Below are positions 54,738-64,000 of a stretch of 64,000 nt of DNA, in pieces. A program made the translations under genes and the position numbers. How positions within the stretch are numbered: the first letter of the stretch is position 1; every line of letters begins with the position of its first letter. The notes beneath the pieces are model-generated. The model worked only from the letters and a program-made list of their open reading frames with translations. It made no database searches and was not told the DNA's origin. Location of the stretch: positions 1,184,001-1,248,000 of the forward strand of contig CAVTBU010000005.1 in assembly GCA_963733035.1 (NCBI GenBank), read 5' to 3'. The stretch is from Pirellulales bacterium (lineage in GTDB: Bacteria > Planctomycetota > Planctomycetia > Pirellulales > PALSA-1355).

Positions 54738-55682
54738 ATGAACGATTTGAAGATCTTTAGCGGCCGAGCAAATCGCGATCTTACGAAGCGGATCTGCGAT
54801 TATCTGGGCTTGCCCATGGCCCGGATCACGATCGGCAACTTTCCCGATAGCGAAATCAGCTGCAAAGTCGACGAGGACATTCGCGGGCGCGACGTGTTTC
54901 TGGTGCAGCCGACCTGCCCGCCGGTGAACGAAAACCTGATGGAGCTCTTGATTATGATCGAGAGCTGCAAGCGGGCGAGCTCGGAGCGGATCACCGCGGT
55001 CGTTCCCTACTTCGGTTATGCTCGGCAGGACCGCAAGGATGAAGGTCGCGTGCCAATCACGGCTAAGCTGGTGGCCAACATCATCACGCGGGCCGGGGCC
55101 GACCGAGTCTTGGCCATGGACTTGCATGCGGCGCAAATCCAAGGCTTCTTCGATGTGCCGGTCGACCACCTCTACGCCGCTCCGGTGCTGAACGAATACT
55201 TTCTCGACCAGGGTTTCGATCCGAAAGAGATCGTGGTGGTCAGCCCGGACGAGGGGAGCATCAAGCGGGCACTGGGGCACGCCGAGCGGTTGGGAGGCTC
55301 GCTGGCCATCGTCGACAAGCGGCGTGCGGACGCGGAGCACACGAAACAAGAAAACATTATCGGCGCGCCGGTTGAGGGCAAAGTGGCGCTGATGTTCGAT
55401 GACATGATCAGCACCGCCGGCTCGATTTGCGGGGCGGCCCAGGTGCTTCACCAGCGTGGGGCGTCACGGATTTACGTGGCCGCAACCCACGGGGTGCTGT
55501 GTGGAAATGCCATTGAGCGGCTGGCAAAATCTCCGATTTACGAGGTGGTTCTCACCGACACCATTCCGCTGCGGCCCGAGGCGATGATTCCCAAAATCAA
55601 GGTGCTCAGCGTAGCCCCCCTTCTTGGGGAGGCGATCAAGCGAATTCATCGCAACGAATCGGTCAGCCGACTGTTCGACTAA
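54738..55682 (+). CDS. prs: ribose-phosphate pyrophosphokinase
   Basis: PYFGYARQDRK, DLHAAQIQGFF, SPDEG, DDMISTAGS. Confidence 0.98.
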   Translation: MNDLKIFSGRANRDLTKRICDYLGLPMARITIGNFPDSEISCKVDEDIRGRDVFLVQPTCPPVNENLMELLIMIESCKRASSERITAVVPYFGYARQDRKDEGRVPITAKLVANIITRAGADRVLAMDLHAAQIQGFFDVPVDHLYAAPVLNEYFLDQGFDPKEIVVVSPDEGSIKRALGHAERLGGSLAIVDKRRADAEHTKQENIIGAPVEGKVALMFDDMISTAGSICGAAQVLHQRGASRIYVAATHGVLCGNAIERLAKSPIYEVVLTDTIPLRPEAMIPKIKVLSVAPLLGEAIKRIHRNESVSRLFD

Positions 55683-55834
55683 TTGCTTTGTAACTTCCCA
55701 CCGGCCAGCGGCTTGGAATTCCTGACCGCCGGTGATTTTTCTTTCGCCGGCGGTCTTGAAAGATTCTCTAATTCGGCGAAAATGACCCGTTTGCCCAACT
55801 GCCAGTTGCGATACTTACAAGGACATACACGGCG

Positions 55835-56461
55835 ATGGCCGAAGTACTGAACGTCAAGAAGCGAGAAACTCACGGCAAACGGAATGCCAAGCGCATGCGG
55901 CAGGCCGGCGCGATTCCAGCCATCCTGTACGGCCATGGCGAACGGAACGAAAGTCTGGCCGTGGTCGCCGACGAGATGGCCGCCGTCTTGCGCCATGGCG
56001 GTCGCGTCGTGGAACTCAAGGGAGACCTCAGCGAAAAGGCGTTTATCCGCGCCATGCAGTGGGATGTCTACGGCACGCATGTGCTGCACGTTGATTTCAC
56101 GCGCGTCTCGGAACACGAACGCGTCGAGGTCAAGGTCCGGGTCGAATTGCGCGGGCAAGCTCCCGGCGTGAAGGAGGGTGGCGCGGTCGAGCATCTGGTG
56201 CACGAAATTGAAATTGAGTGCGAAGCGTTGTCGATTCCGGAAAAGATCGACGTGAACGTCAACGATTTGAACATCGGCGATTCGATTACCGCCGGCGAGT
56301 TGAAGCTGGCCGCCGGCATCAAGCTCGTCTCCGATCCCGACGACGTGATCGTGCATTGCGTCGTCCACCGCGAGGAGGAGGAGGCTGTTGCCGAGGGTGC
56401 CACGGCCGAGCCGGAAATTATTGGCCGCAAGGCCGAGGACGAGGAAGAATCGGAGGAATAG
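55835..56461 (+). CDS. rplY: 50S ribosomal protein L25/Ctc
   Basis: IPAILYG, HVDFTRV, GVKEGG, LNIGDSI; acidic tail. Confidence 0.95.
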   Translation: MAEVLNVKKRETHGKRNAKRMRQAGAIPAILYGHGERNESLAVVADEMAAVLRHGGRVVELKGDLSEKAFIRAMQWDVYGTHVLHVDFTRVSEHERVEVKVRVELRGQAPGVKEGGAVEHLVHEIEIECEALSIPEKIDVNVNDLNIGDSITAGELKLAAGIKLVSDPDDVIVHCVVHREEEEAVAEGATAEPEIIGRKAEDEEESEE

Positions 56462-56533
56462 CCGCGGCTCAGGCAGGCCCGTGGCTGGACCAGCCTGCGG
56501 TTTGGCAGACCCGACGCGAGCCGCATGTCGTCC

Positions 56534-57091
56534 ATGAAACTTGTTGTCGGATTAGGAAACCCAGGGCGGAAATACGAAGGCACGCGACACAACGTTGGAT
56601 TTCGCGTGGCCACTGAACTGGCCGCCAAATATGGAAACACAAAACCGAAGCGGGCCTTCCAGGGCGAAGTGGTGGAGGCCTTTATCGGTTCGGAAAAAGT
56701 TTTGTTGCTGTGCCCTCACACGCTAATGAACCTGAGTGGTCAAAGCGTGCTGGAGGCTCGCGACTTTTACAAGATCCCGCCTGAGGACCTGCTGGTTGTG
56801 AGCGACGACTTGAACTTGCCCCTGGGCAAGTTGCGGTTTCGCAAAAGCGGGTCGTCGGGGGGACAGAACGGTTTGAAAGACATCATCCGCCGCCTGGGAG
56901 GCGAAGATATTCCCCGGCTGCGAATCGGCATCGGCAGTCCACCGGCGAGCCGCAATCCCGCCGACTTTGTCCTGGGGCGTTTCGGCAAGGACGAAGTCGA
57001 CGAAATTGAAGTTGCCATCGGTCGAGCGGCCGACGCCGTGGCCCTCTGGGTCAGCGAAGGCATCGCGCGAGTGATGAACGAGTACAATTAA
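56534..57091 (+). CDS. pth: peptidyl-tRNA hydrolase
   Basis: VGLGNPG..Y..TRHNVG, MNLSG, GSSGGQNG, RLRIGIG. Confidence 0.97.
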   Translation: MKLVVGLGNPGRKYEGTRHNVGFRVATELAAKYGNTKPKRAFQGEVVEAFIGSEKVLLLCPHTLMNLSGQSVLEARDFYKIPPEDLLVVSDDLNLPLGKLRFRKSGSSGGQNGLKDIIRRLGGEDIPRLRIGIGSPPASRNPADFVLGRFGKDEVDEIEVAIGRAADAVALWVSEGIARVMNEYN

Positions 57092-57153
57092 GTCCTGGCA
57101 ATTTGCCGCGATCATAAGAACCCAAGCCACGTACAAAATTCAGGAGTCCGGTT

Positions 57154-57594
57154 GTGCCAGTCAACGTTTACGAAGGGATGTACATTCTGGATGCGAACCG
57201 TTTCTCCCGCGACCAGGCGGGGGTTTCGGGCCAGATTCCAGACATGATCGAAAAACTTGGTGGCGAAATGCTCGCCAGTCGCCTGTGGGAGGAACGACGC
57301 CTCGCGTATCCGATCAATGGTCAGCGTAAAGGCACCTACTGGCTGACGTATTTCAAACTCGATGGCGCCAAGCTGGCCGATTTGAACCGGCAGTGCCAGC
57401 TGAGCGAAAGCATCGTGCGCACGCTATTCCTGAAAGTCGATCCGCGGATTGCCGATGCGCTGGTCAGCCATGCCCTGAGCGACGCCAAGGCGCCAACTCG
57501 CAGCGAACCGGCCGCGGTAACCGCGAAAAGCCCGGTGACGTCCGGCCCGCCGGACTTGGACGAGTCAGACGAAGCGGACGATTCCGAAGTATAG
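57154..57594 (+). CDS. rpsF: 30S ribosomal protein S6
   Basis: YEGMYIL, WEERRLAYPI..G.Y; AGGAG RBS. Confidence 0.93.
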   Translation: MPVNVYEGMYILDANRFSRDQAGVSGQIPDMIEKLGGEMLASRLWEERRLAYPINGQRKGTYWLTYFKLDGAKLADLNRQCQLSESIVRTLFLKVDPRIADALVSHALSDAKAPTRSEPAAVTAKSPVTSGPPDLDESDEADDSEV

Positions 57595-57662
57595 TCGCAG
57601 CCTAGCCTGCCGGCGCAGCAGCCACCCTCGAGTGGCAAACACGGGAATGCAAGGAGTGGATC

Positions 57663-58109
57663 ATGGCCAGTTACAATCGCGTCGTACTCGTCGGAAATCT
57701 GACGCGCGATCCGGAGCTGCGCTACATTCCCAGCGGCACCGCGGTGACTGAAGTCGGACTGGCTGTGAACGATCGCCGCAAGAATGCCAGCGGCGAATGG
57801 ATCGACGAGACGACCTTCGTCGACATCACTCTCTGGGGACGCCAGGCCGAAATCGCGAGCGAATACCTCAACAAAGGCTCGAGCGTGCTTATCGAAGGGC
57901 GGCTCAAGCTCGACACCTGGGAAAAAGACGGCAAGAAAAACTCCAAGCTGCGCGTCGTCGGCGAACGCATGCAAATGCTGGGCAGCCGCGGCGGGCCGGC
58001 TGGGGGAGGCGGAGGCGGCGGTGGTTCGCGACCAGCGTCCCGCGGCAATGCTCCGGCCGCTTCTCACGACGAGTTCGAATCGCCGCCTGACGACGATATC
58101 CCGTTCTAA
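57663..58109 (+). CDS. ssb: single-stranded DNA-binding protein
   Basis: [17 protein letters not shown], Gly-rich linker, DDDIPF tail. Confidence 0.98.
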   Translation: MASYNRVVLVGNLTRDPELRYIPSGTAVTEVGLAVNDRRKNASGEWIDETTFVDITLWGRQAEIASEYLNKGSSVLIEGRLKLDTWEKDGKKNSKLRVVGERMQMLGSRGGPAGGGGGGGGSRPASRGNAPAASHDEFESPPDDDIPF

Positions 58110-58187
58110 ACGGCGCCCAAACAGAAACCTTCCAACGACCAACCCCTTAGTTCAAACCAGCGAATCCGCGATTTCGAGGAATCACCC

Positions 58188-58724
58188 ATGGCCCGCACGA
58201 ATACGACCAAATCTCGCCCCCGCCACAAGCGTTTGCCGCGCGGCAAGCACCACGGCGTGGAGCTGCTGCTCATCCAATCGGTCGACCATGTCGGTCAACA
58301 GGGGGAAGTCGTCGAGGTCAAACGCGGTTACGCCGTGAACTACCTGCTGCCGCAAGGACTGGCCACCATCGCTACCGATCACCACAAGCGAATGGTCGAA
58401 AAGCACAAAGCCAAGCTGCAAGAAATCCAAAACGCACGCATGGCCGGGCTGCGGCAAATGGCCGACAACCTCTCGAAGCAAAGCATCACGATCGAGGCGA
58501 ATGCCAACGACGAGGGACATCTATACGGCTCGGTCGGCGCCTCGGAAATCGTCGCGGCACTCAAGCGCAACGAAGTCACGATCACGGCCGACCAGGTCCG
58601 CCTCACCGGACCACTCAAGGAATTGGGACTCTACACGGTCAAGATTCACCTCGGTCACGAGGTCGAAGCGGACCTCAAGGTCTGGGTCGTACCGACCGTC
58701 AACGAAGACGTTGCCGGGAAGTAG
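58188..58724 (+). CDS. rplI: 50S ribosomal protein L9 with basic N-terminal extension
   Basis: GEVVEVKRGYAVNYLLPQG, GHLYGSV, LKELG. Confidence 0.96.
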   Translation: MARTNTTKSRPRHKRLPRGKHHGVELLLIQSVDHVGQQGEVVEVKRGYAVNYLLPQGLATIATDHHKRMVEKHKAKLQEIQNARMAGLRQMADNLSKQSITIEANANDEGHLYGSVGASEIVAALKRNEVTITADQVRLTGPLKELGLYTVKIHLGHEVEADLKVWVVPTVNEDVAGK

Positions 58725-58950
58725 CCGACCAGGTAGTCGCAGGCCGGCGGTGGATCCGCTCGCGCCTGACTAGTTCCCATCCTGGCAGAAAGTCAACCGT
58801 TGTGGTGCGCCCGGCGTATCGCCATGCTCGGACGTCGTGCGCTGCGGTGCCGTCGCCCCCTTCCATTCCCTCGGGTGGCTTGCCGGCGATCGGCAAGTCG
58901 GCGACACTGGCATGTAGACCGCAATGCAGATTTCGCAGGGAGGCTGGTAG

Positions 58951-60341
58951 ATGAAAGTCAGCGCGGAGATTCTCGACCGCCGTCCGCCGTGCAACCTCGA
59001 CGCCGAACGCGGCGTGCTCGGTAGTATTCTACTGTTGCCCATCGTGTGCGACGACGTGGCGCTTATCCTGCGTCCAGAAGACTTCTACGACGACGCGAAT
59101 CAGGCGATCTACAAGCATCTTCGCGAGATGCACGACGAGGGTCGGCGCATCGACACCACGCTGCTGGTTGAACGCCTCCGCAGCAAGGGAGATTTCGAGC
59201 GAGTTGGAGGCGCGGCCTACCTGGCCGAAATCCTGCAGTCGGTTCCGACGGCGGCCAATGCAACGCACTACGCGGAAATCGTCAAAGCCAAGTCGACGCT
59301 GCGGTCGCTGATCCATTCCAGCACCGAAATCCTGCGAGACGCGTATGACGAAGTCGACGACGCCAAGGAAATGCTGTCCCGGGCCGAACAGCGAATATTC
59401 TCGATTCTCGACACGCAAGGCACCGGCGAACTGTCAAACATTCGCGATATTCTGCAAGATGCCATGGTGCGGATTGATTCTCGCATGAAACAGGATCATG
59501 CGGCCGGCGGCATCGAAACCGGTTTCCGCGACTTCGATAATATAACCGGCGGGCTGCACGACTCAGAGTTGGTCATCCTGGCCGCGCGCCCAGCATGGGC
59601 AAGACAGCCCTGGCGCTGAACATTGCCGAGCACGCTTCGCTGGTGCAGAACATCAGCACGCTGTTCGTGAGCCTGGAAATGTCGTCCGTCGAATTGGCCG
59701 ACCGCTTGCTCTGTTCGCTGGCCAAGGTGAACGGCATGCGGCTGCGCAATGGTTCGATTTCGAATGAAGACCGCCGCCGGCTCGTGGAAAAGGCAGCCGA
59801 GATGAGCCAAGCGCCACTGTTCGTCGACGACACGCCCAGCCGCACGATTACCGAAATTGCGGCCGCGGCCCGCCGGCTCAAACGACGCAGCAACCTCGGC
59901 CTGGTGGTCATCGACTACCTGCAGCTGATCGAGCCGGACAATCCCCGCGATCCGCGGCAAGAACAGGTTGCCAAAATTGCCCGGCGCCTGAAGGGATTGG
60001 CCCGAGAATTGAAGGTCCCGGTGATGTGCCTGGCCCAGTTGAATCGCCAGGCGGAGGCTACCCGTGACAATAAGCCACGGATGAGCCACTTGCGTGAAAG
60101 CGGCGCTATCGAGCAAGACGCCGACGTCGTCATGTTCGTGCACCGCGAGGAGTACTATTGCACGAGCGAAGAAGAACGGGCCAAGGTGGCGGGCGAGGCG
60201 GAGCTGATTGTGGCCAAACGGCGCAACGGCCCGACGGGCGACGTAAAACTTTCCTGGCTGAAGGATTTTACGCGATTCACCGACAGCACCGTGCGGCCCT
60301 ACGACGAATTCGAACAATTCAACGCGGCTGACACATTCTAA
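58951..60341 (+). CDS. dnaB: replicative DNA helicase (one C missing at 59589-59591, probable sequencing error)
   Basis: PPCNLDAE..; adding one base restores Walker A ARPSMGKT; IDYLQL, QLNR, LRESGAIEQDAD, KRRNGPTG. Confidence 0.96.
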
Positions 60342-60639
60342 ACAAGTTGTAAGAAAAAGCCGCCTCGCGGATGCTGGCGCCGCGGTGCCCGCTGCTAGCT
60401 GTGCGGTGCCCATTCACCGAAACGCCCAGTCCTCCCAGTCGCTGGCATGCAAAGCGAACTCGCCTTGTTTCGGGCGGCCGGTTTCTGTATTTCTACGCCG
60501 CTTTGACGGCCGACAGCAGCCGCGAACCCGTCTCCTTGGCTTGCTGTCGCCGCGACGTAACGCAAATGGCTCGGCGGATTTGGACGGCCGGCCACTCCCA
60601 TCTCGAAGTTCTTTCAACTTGATTCACAAGCGAGCGTTC

Positions 60640-63600
60640 ATGGCTCCTGTTGGCCGCCAGGTCTTACGATTGCTGCGCCCCGCGACAGCCTCGCTGTGGC
60701 TATGCGCTGCATTGTTGGCCGCGACGGCGGGTGCTCAGAGCGGCCCCGCGGCATCGCCTGGCGGTGCGTTGCCGTTGCCTCCCACGCAAACCCCCGTGGC
60801 GCCGCCAGCGCTTCAGGTGCTCGACATTCAGGTCGAAGGCTTGCGAACGCATACGCGTGAAGCCGTGCTGGGTGCCATGAGCACGCGAATCGGTCACCCG
60901 TTTGATCAGGCTTCGTTTGAAAAAGACATTCGCAAACTGACCTCGCGGAGCTGGTTTGTGCACGTCGTTCCCAAGAAGGAATACGTGCAAGGGGGCGTGG
61001 TGATTTCGCTCAGCGTAGTGGAACGCCCCGTTCTGGAATTCGTCCGCTACCTGGGTAGCGAGCACATCACCGAGAAAAGGCTGGCCAAGGAGACCGCCCT
61101 CAAGAAGGGCGACCCGTTCGATCCCTATGCCGTCCGCGAGGGTGCCCGAAAAATCGAATCGTTGTACCAGTCCAAGGGCTTCAACGACGTCAAAGTCGAC
61201 ATTCCCGAGGGGACCAAGCCCGGTGACCACGGGGCGGTGTTTCTGATCAATGAAGGCAAGAAGCTCAAATTCGGCAAGATTACCTTCGAAGGCAACAGCC
61301 GCGAGATTGCTCCCGACGGCCGCTTGAAGAAGGTAATCGAATCGCGCGCCCCGATCCTCGGCTTCATCAAGGGCGAAGTTGACGAGCCGAAGCTCGAAGG
61401 CGACGTGGATCGGCTTACCGACTACTACCGTAGTTTGGGATTTTTCAAGGCCGTGGTCAGCAAAGATGTCCGGTACAACGCCGACGAGGATCGGCTCAGC
61501 GTGACCTTCTATATCAACGAGGGCCCGCGCTACCAGGTTCGCAGCGTCTCGTTCATTGGAAACAACGTTTTCCCGGAGGAGGCCTTCGCCCCGCACATGA
61601 AACTCAATCCGGGCGAACCGTTCGATCAGTCGGCCATGAACAAGGACATCGGCACGATCAAGGACATCTACGGCTCGAATGGATACGTGTTTGCCGCCGC
61701 CAACGAAGACCTGCGGTTCGACTTGGAGCCCGGCATCCTCGACATCATCTATCACGTGGAAGAAGGTCAGCAGTATCGCATCGGCGACATCAACATCACG
61801 ATCAAAGGCGACAACCCGCACACCAGGGCTTCGACGATTCTGAACCGCCTCGACCTGCGGCCTGGAGACATTGCCGACATTCGCAAGTTCCGCGACAGCG
61901 AACGGCGGATCAAAGCGTCGGGCCTGTTCAACGTCGACCCCAGCAAGGGCGAACTGCCCCGCATCTCGTTCTCGCCGCCCGACTCGGTCGATAACGTCGC
62001 TCGGGGCAAACGGCGCACCGGCGGACCACGCACGGGCGACCCCGATTCTTTCCGCGGTCAAAGTCCGGACGACGGCAGTAGCCGATCGATGGCCGTAGCG
62101 AGGCGGCCGGCCGCTGCGCCGGGACAAAACGGGCCGCGCGATCTGATCGTCCAAATCAGCGGCCAGGCACTTCCGCCGGCCGAAGCACAAGACGCACCGG
62201 CCCAGGGCGATCCGCTGGCTGGCCAGGGACCGACTCGCCTAGCACCGGCTCAGCGTCAATCCAGCTACCCGCCCCGCTATCCATCGCCCTTTCCGTCCGC
62301 TCAGCCGACAGCCGCCGGTTATGTCGCACCCGCCGCCCACCAGGTCCCTTCGACGCAAACCCCGCGGCGCTATTACCCAGCAGCCAACAGCGTTTCGCCG
62401 GCTCGCAGGCCGACGACGCAAACGGTGCGCGGCCAAAGCCCCGACAACCGCTATGGCGGCTACGGCGGCACTGCCGTTAATCCGATTTCCGCCGGCCCGC
62501 AGCCGTTCGCGGTGAATCAGCCGGCAAGTGCATCGGGGTATGCCACACCGGCGCAGTATGCAGAACCGGTTCAGGACCCGCTCTCGCCCCCCTCGACACC
62601 GCGAGACTTTGGCGCGCAGCCGGGCGAGCTGCCGCCACCGGGCCTGACGCCGCCGCCGGGAGATTTCCTCAGCGGGCCGGAAGGCCTGCCCCCGAGCCAA
62701 CCCGCTCTGCCAGTCGACGTTATCGCCAGCGAAGCGCAAACTGGCCGCTTCATGCTGGGTGCGGGCGTTAACTCCAACGCCGGTCTGATTGGCTCGATCG
62801 TGCTCGACGAGCAGAACTTCGATTGGCGGCGTTGGCCCACCAGCTGGGAAGACTTTCGCTCCGGGCGCGCATTCCGCGGTGCGGGCCAGAAGTTTCGTAT
62901 CGAAGCCGCCCCGGGCACCGTCGTACAGCGATACTTGTTCAACTTTTCTGAGCCGTATTTGTTCGACACGCCGGTCAGCTTCGGGCTGTCGGGATACTAC
63001 TTCAACCGCTACTACCGCGACTGGCTCGAACAGCGTACAGGCGGACGTGTGACGCTCGGTTATCAATTCACTCCGGACTTCTCGGGCAATGTCGGTCTAC
63101 GGGCGGAAGATGTGTTCATTCAGCCACTAAACAACGGCGTCGGCGTGACTGATATCGAAGCCGCGAGCGGACATTCGGCGCTATATAGCGTTCGCACTTC
63201 GCTGGCGCACGATACACGCGACAGCACTTTCCTGCCGACCGAGGGTCACTATGTGACGGCGACGTTCGAGTACTTCATGGGCACCTATTTCTATCCCTGG
63301 TTTGGTCTGAACACCCAGCAGCACTGGCTCCTAAAAGAACGACCAGACGGCACGGGACGGCACACGTTTAGCTTCTACAATCAGCTCGGCTTCGCTGGCG
63401 CTAACACGCCCGTGTACGAGCGATTCTTTGCCGGTGGTTTCTCGACTCTGCGTGGTTTCCAGTTCCGTGGCGCGTCACCGATGCAGCCCAACCCCTCCGG
63501 AATTAACGCGATCGTCGGTGGCGACTTCCAGTTTATTAACTCGCTCGAATACATGTTCCCCGTCACCGCCGACGACGCCCTGAAAATGGTGGCCTTCGTT

Positions 63601-63795
63601 GACTTCGGTACGGTCGCGTCGAACGTCAACGAAATCTATGGGAATCAATTCCGTGTCGCGCCAGGTTTAGGTATGCGTGTCACGATTCCGGCTATTAGCG
63701 CTGCCCCCATTGCAATCGACTTCGCCTCGCCCATCCAACACGCGAACGGCGACTTGATCCAGAACATCAGCTTCTTCGTCGGCGTCGGCCGCTAG
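60640..63795 (+). CDS. bamA: Omp85/BamA outer-membrane assembly factor with Pro-rich insert
   Basis: Signal peptide, five POTRA-like repeats, barrel with FFAGG..LRGF motif. Confidence 0.88.
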   Translation: MAPVGRQVLRLLRPATASLWLCAALLAATAGAQSGPAASPGGALPLPPTQTPVAPPALQVLDIQVEGLRTHTREAVLGAMSTRIGHPFDQASFEKDIRKLTSRSWFVHVVPKKEYVQGGVVISLSVVERPVLEFVRYLGSEHITEKRLAKETALKKGDPFDPYAVREGARKIESLYQSKGFNDVKVDIPEGTKPGDHGAVFLINEGKKLKFGKITFEGNSREIAPDGRLKKVIESRAPILGFIKGEVDEPKLEGDVDRLTDYYRSLGFFKAVVSKDVRYNADEDRLSVTFYINEGPRYQVRSVSFIGNNVFPEEAFAPHMKLNPGEPFDQSAMNKDIGTIKDIYGSNGYVFAAANEDLRFDLEPGILDIIYHVEEGQQYRIGDINITIKGDNPHTRASTILNRLDLRPGDIADIRKFRDSERRIKASGLFNVDPSKGELPRISFSPPDSVDNVARGKRRTGGPRTGDPDSFRGQSPDDGSSRSMAVARRPAAAPGQNGPRDLIVQISGQALPPAEAQDAPAQGDPLAGQGPTRLAPAQRQSSYPPRYPSPFPSAQPTAAGYVAPAAHQVPSTQTPRRYYPAANSVSPARRPTTQTVRGQSPDNRYGGYGGTAVNPISAGPQPFAVNQPASASGYATPAQYAEPVQDPLSPPSTPRDFGAQPGELPPPGLTPPPGDFLSGPEGLPPSQPALPVDVIASEAQTGRFMLGAGVNSNAGLIGSIVLDEQNFDWRRWPTSWEDFRSGRAFRGAGQKFRIEAAPGTVVQRYLFNFSEPYLFDTPVSFGLSGYYFNRYYRDWLEQRTGGRVTLGYQFTPDFSGNVGLRAEDVFIQPLNNGVGVTDIEAASGHSALYSVRTSLAHDTRDSTFLPTEGHYVTATFEYFMGTYFYPWFGLNTQQHWLLKERPDGTGRHTFSFYNQLGFAGANTPVYERFFAGGFSTLRGFQFRGASPMQPNPSGINAIVGGDFQFINSLEYMFPVTADDALKMVAFVDFGTVASNVNEIYGNQFRVAPGLGMRVTIPAISAAPIAIDFASPIQHANGDLIQNISFFVGVGR

Positions 63796-63816
63796 GCAAT
63801 CAACCGCTCAAGTCGA

Positions 63817-63999
63817 CTACCAGCGAAATCCGTAATTAGCCGGCCACCTGTAGCCGTAGTATCCGCCATAGACGTACGGATACGTGCGGTAGCCATAATA
63901 GTACGGACGGTAGGCGCGGTACGGATACACGTAGGGTCGATAGACCCTGGGGCCGCGGTAGTATCCACGATAGGGTCGGTAGCCATAATAGGCCCGACC
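63817..63999 (-). CDS. 3' end of a Tyr/Arg/Gly/Pro-rich low-complexity protein (5' truncated by window edge)
   Basis: Hand translation GRAYYGYRPYRGYYRGPRVYRPYVYPYRAYRPYYYGYRTYPYVYGGYYGYRWPANYGFRW*; this frame is not in the ORF track. Confidence 0.75.
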   Translation of the reverse strand, partial: GRAYYGYRPYRGYYRGPRVYRPYVYPYRAYRPYYYGYRTYPYVYGGYYGYRWPANYGFRW

Positions 64000-64000
64000 A

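Noticed and set aside
59581..59600. Programmed frameshift, intein or true split in dnaB
   Set aside because: One missing base in a C run restores Walker A; no slippery heptamer or intein motifs; similar indels occur throughout the window
63792..63986. 64-aa ORF MATDPIVDTT from the ORF track
   Set aside because: Alternative frame of the Tyr-rich protein, which has the more coherent composition

Overview
Core-chromosome window from a GC-rich planctomycete, probably Pirellulales-like. This is inferred from the gene complement: BBP7-type barrel, Tat-signal Gfo/Idh/MocA protein, fused PilM-N with a giant secretin, short GlmU and a BamA with a Pro-rich insert. It holds trpF, ahcY, DUF1015, two parS sites with parA-parB, tRNA-Pro(TGG), an ECF sigma factor, an EboD-like sugar-phosphate cyclase, a type IV pilus-like pilM..secretin operon, cmk-plsC, ffh-rpsP-trmD-rplS-yraN, argB-argD-argF-rph and glmU(N)-prs-rplY-pth-rpsF-ssb-rplI-dnaB-bamA. 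No integrase, transposase, CRISPR array or rRNA was seen. At least seven frame breaks occur (trpF, BBP7 barrel, HD-GYP, three in a GH38-like gene, and the essential dnaB), mostly at short homopolymer or GC-dinucleotide runs, so they look like sequencing errors rather than true pseudogenes. I found no clearly new biological system. The best leads are a three-gene module (chain-length-like protein, ExeA ATPase, catalytically dead BY-kinase) with no polysaccharide genes; a membrane pseudokinase; a small SD-led ORF ahead of an ECF sigma factor with no adjacent anti-sigma; an RGQSPD-repeat insert inside BamA POTRA5; and a Tyr-rich protein missed by the ORF track. All family assignments come from motif recognition by eye, not database searches.
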